From: Phallusia mammillata
Taxonomy: Eukaryota
DNA: 64,000 nt
Assembly (NCBI GenBank): GCA_965637545.1
Contig: OZ281498.1
Location: forward strand, 7,502,001 to 7,566,000
Reading direction: 5' to 3'
The notes under the pieces were generated by a model. It was not told where the DNA came from. It saw only the letters and a program-made list of their open reading frames with translations, and did not search any database. The position numbers and the translations under genes are program-made. Below are positions 61,638-64,000 of this stretch, one piece after another (position 1 is the stretch's first letter; each line of letters begins with the position of its first letter).

Positions 61638-63829
61638 TTACTCGGAAGAATCGCTATCAGTAAAATCAAGGCTGATCCTTCCATCAGCGTTTCGCTCGAG
61701 TCCGGATATCGCCGTACCGCTAGGTGGGGTTACAGAGCGACCAAAGCCCTCAGCAAGATCCAGTTCGTCTTGAAGCAGGAGCGTTGAACTTGAACTAGGC
61801 CGATCCTCAGAGGCGTTGGTGTTAAACTTGGCAATGGTGAAAGTGTCTGAAGCGCTAACTTGGGAAGGCGTCGTTTTTGATTCCTGTTTAGCTCTCGTGT
61901 CCAAATACCGAAGGCGCGCTTGCCGTACCATAGCGTCGCGGCGGCTTTTTAGAACAGTCTCGCGCTCGCTAGGAGCTTTGGAGAAACGCCCGCCCACCGA
62001 TAGATCGGCGTGGGACGGCCCAGGGGCGTCGATGGGGCCCTGAGGGGTGGGGATTTCCCCTTGGTGGGGTGTTGACGACGATGTCGGTGCGTTGGCAAAT
62101 GGATAAGTCGGTCTCGGTAAATCTATTATACACGTAATCTGTAACCTCCAAGTTTTGTTGTAAAAACATTGTGGAGCACCGTTAGATACAGGTTTCGAGT
62201 CGAGTTTAAAGTAAACATTATTTTTCATGCGTGCCTTTAATTATTTTAAGGGTTACTTTCAAACAAAACAAAGTCAGAAATAAATCTTAGAACCAATTTC
62301 ACAGACAAGCAAATAATATCGAGCCGAGTTTTATCCGGCGACGTTTGGTAATCTACACACTTTTATACATGACCTAAATCATTTGAAGGTCATTTCCGAA
62401 CGAGCACGAAAGTAAACGTAAAAATGTATGATAATTTAGCCGCAAGAGACCACAGAAAAGGAAATGACACAACAAACAAATATTTACAAACACGAATAAA
62501 TCAAACGTTTTCCTACATTTTATCTTTGTGCGAGAATTATGCTGCTGCATGTAATACTGGCAGCTGGTTTTAGTACTTGATTGTTTCAATGTTTTGTCGC
62601 TTTTTAGCGTTGTATTCGCTCACAAGAACTAAAGATGCCAAAAACTGTTGGTGAAATATATATTTTGTATATTTTGTGCCTTGTGCAAATTCTATGCACA
62701 ACGATTGATTCTGTTTTGGATTATATCGGTGAAGAGAATAGTAATCACAGGCGAACTGCGGTTGTAGGGTTGATTTCACTTCAAACCATACTTTATTTTT
62801 ATCCTGCCTGTGCATGCTTACATACAAAGTCGGGTCAGAACGTTTCACGAAAGCGGATATTCCCTTGTATATAAATAACCGTGTTTATTACCGGAGATAA
62901 TACGCAAGCATAGGTATTAACTGAGTACATTACACACACAGCGTACACATACCTTGCTCGGTGGTCACTTGCATGTCCGAGTCATCACGTGACGCTTGAC
63001 CGGTGTGACGTCGGCGCAATGACGTACCTAAAATTGTTTGGACCATAAGTTTAGTCATGATTTTTAAAGCCTTTAATGAACACGTGTACGCATATAAATA
63101 CAATTAAAGCAGACGGACTGTCCTTGCAGCGTCATGTTTGACGTCATTGTCTACGTTCTATGACGCATCAACCGAATTTATATGCAGTTTAATAAATTAG
63201 AGATCCAAAATTACCTTAGCTTTTGCAAACTAACAAGCATGCAATGATAAACACAGAAAAATCGATGCAAGGTTACTGAAAATAATTTTGTCGCTTTTAT
63301 ACCTAAAAACATAATTTTAGACTGCCTTATTTTTGTCCCAGCCCTTGTGGCCAATCATTAGATCATTATCTTGATTGTAAAAATGCCACACATCATTTTA
63401 AATCTTTAGCACTGAAAAAAAGAAAATTTCCCCTGTATTTACACTTATAAAACAACATAATATTGTAAACTGAAATATCTTCTTTTCAGCAGGGTACAAT
63501 ACCACTAATGTATTACCCAAAACTGGATTTCCCTGCATTATGTGAAGCAGCATTTGACAAACCTTCACTCCTGTATTGTTAAAAGTAAAATATATAACTG
63601 ATCTGTTTTAGTTGGATAGGAAAAATTCATTTTTACCTGGACTTGGTTCAGTGCGAGGGAGTGGTTGTACACCCTCGCTAACTAGGGGTGAAGGTGGTGG
63701 GGTTGGTTGGGGCATTCCACCCATCATTTGGTTAGGTGGGACCTGGATGCGTCCGTCAAGAATTCTTTCAGATGTTGCCTCCACAGACCCAGTCACTAAA
63801 AGATCACCTCTGATAAGTTGTGCAGGAAT
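61638..63829 (-). CDS. AMFR: E3 ubiquitin ligase AMFR/gp78, 3' part only; exons 63829-63637, 63027-62953, 62122-61638; 5' exons lie beyond the window
   Basis: CUE-domain segment IPAQLIRGDLLVTGSVEATSERILDGRIQVPP (human [31 protein letters not shown]). G2BR motif FSKAPSERETVLKSRRDAMVRQARLRYL (human FSKSADERQRMLVQRKDELLQQARKRFL). Confidence 0.9.
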
Positions 63830-64000
63830 CTGGAAACAAAACAGCACTTTTGGCAAGGCACAATTTGACAGGTTTTAATTGAAATTCTATGAAGTAAAAA
63901 GAATTTTAAATTGTAAAAGCAACTCTAACTTTCTGAGATTTTCTTGCAATTAACTGAATTATGCAATTAACCATAATATTTTCTTTACTAACATATGCAA

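Overview
Eukaryotic, AT-rich, intron-dense genomic DNA with GT-AG introns and no prokaryotic features. It is probably an invertebrate chordate such as an ascidian (inferred from gene compactness and gene content). The ORF track is mostly exon fragments and noise, so genes were assembled by hand from splice sites and reading phase. Left to right: DUOXA (minus strand, 3' end unresolved) head-to-head with a complete 34-exon DUOX (plus, 1557 aa); SPO11 (minus, 11 exons, 386 aa) tail-to-tail with DUOX; a DM+DMA-domain Dmrt gene of Dmrt93B type (plus, 3 exons) head-to-head with SPO11; an 11-exon secreted GH30-like glycosidase-fold gene (minus, 602 aa) that ends in an HTEL ER-retention signal and appears to lack the catalytic nucleophile; and the 3' exons of AMFR/gp78 (minus). 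Introns hold many non-autonomous DNA transposons (hAT MITEs with 8-bp TSDs, a Tc1/mariner-pogo-type MITE, a possible piggyBac-type element) and tRNA-derived SINEs. The most unusual signals are: (1) two dispersed families carrying type I hammerhead ribozyme motifs, a retrozyme-like unit (~175 nt of shared homology) with three copies in DUOX introns and a Penelope-type minimal hammerhead family; (2) the ER-retained, probably non-hydrolytic GH30-fold protein next to the ERAD ligase AMFR. All homology calls come from recognising motifs by eye; no database searches were run.
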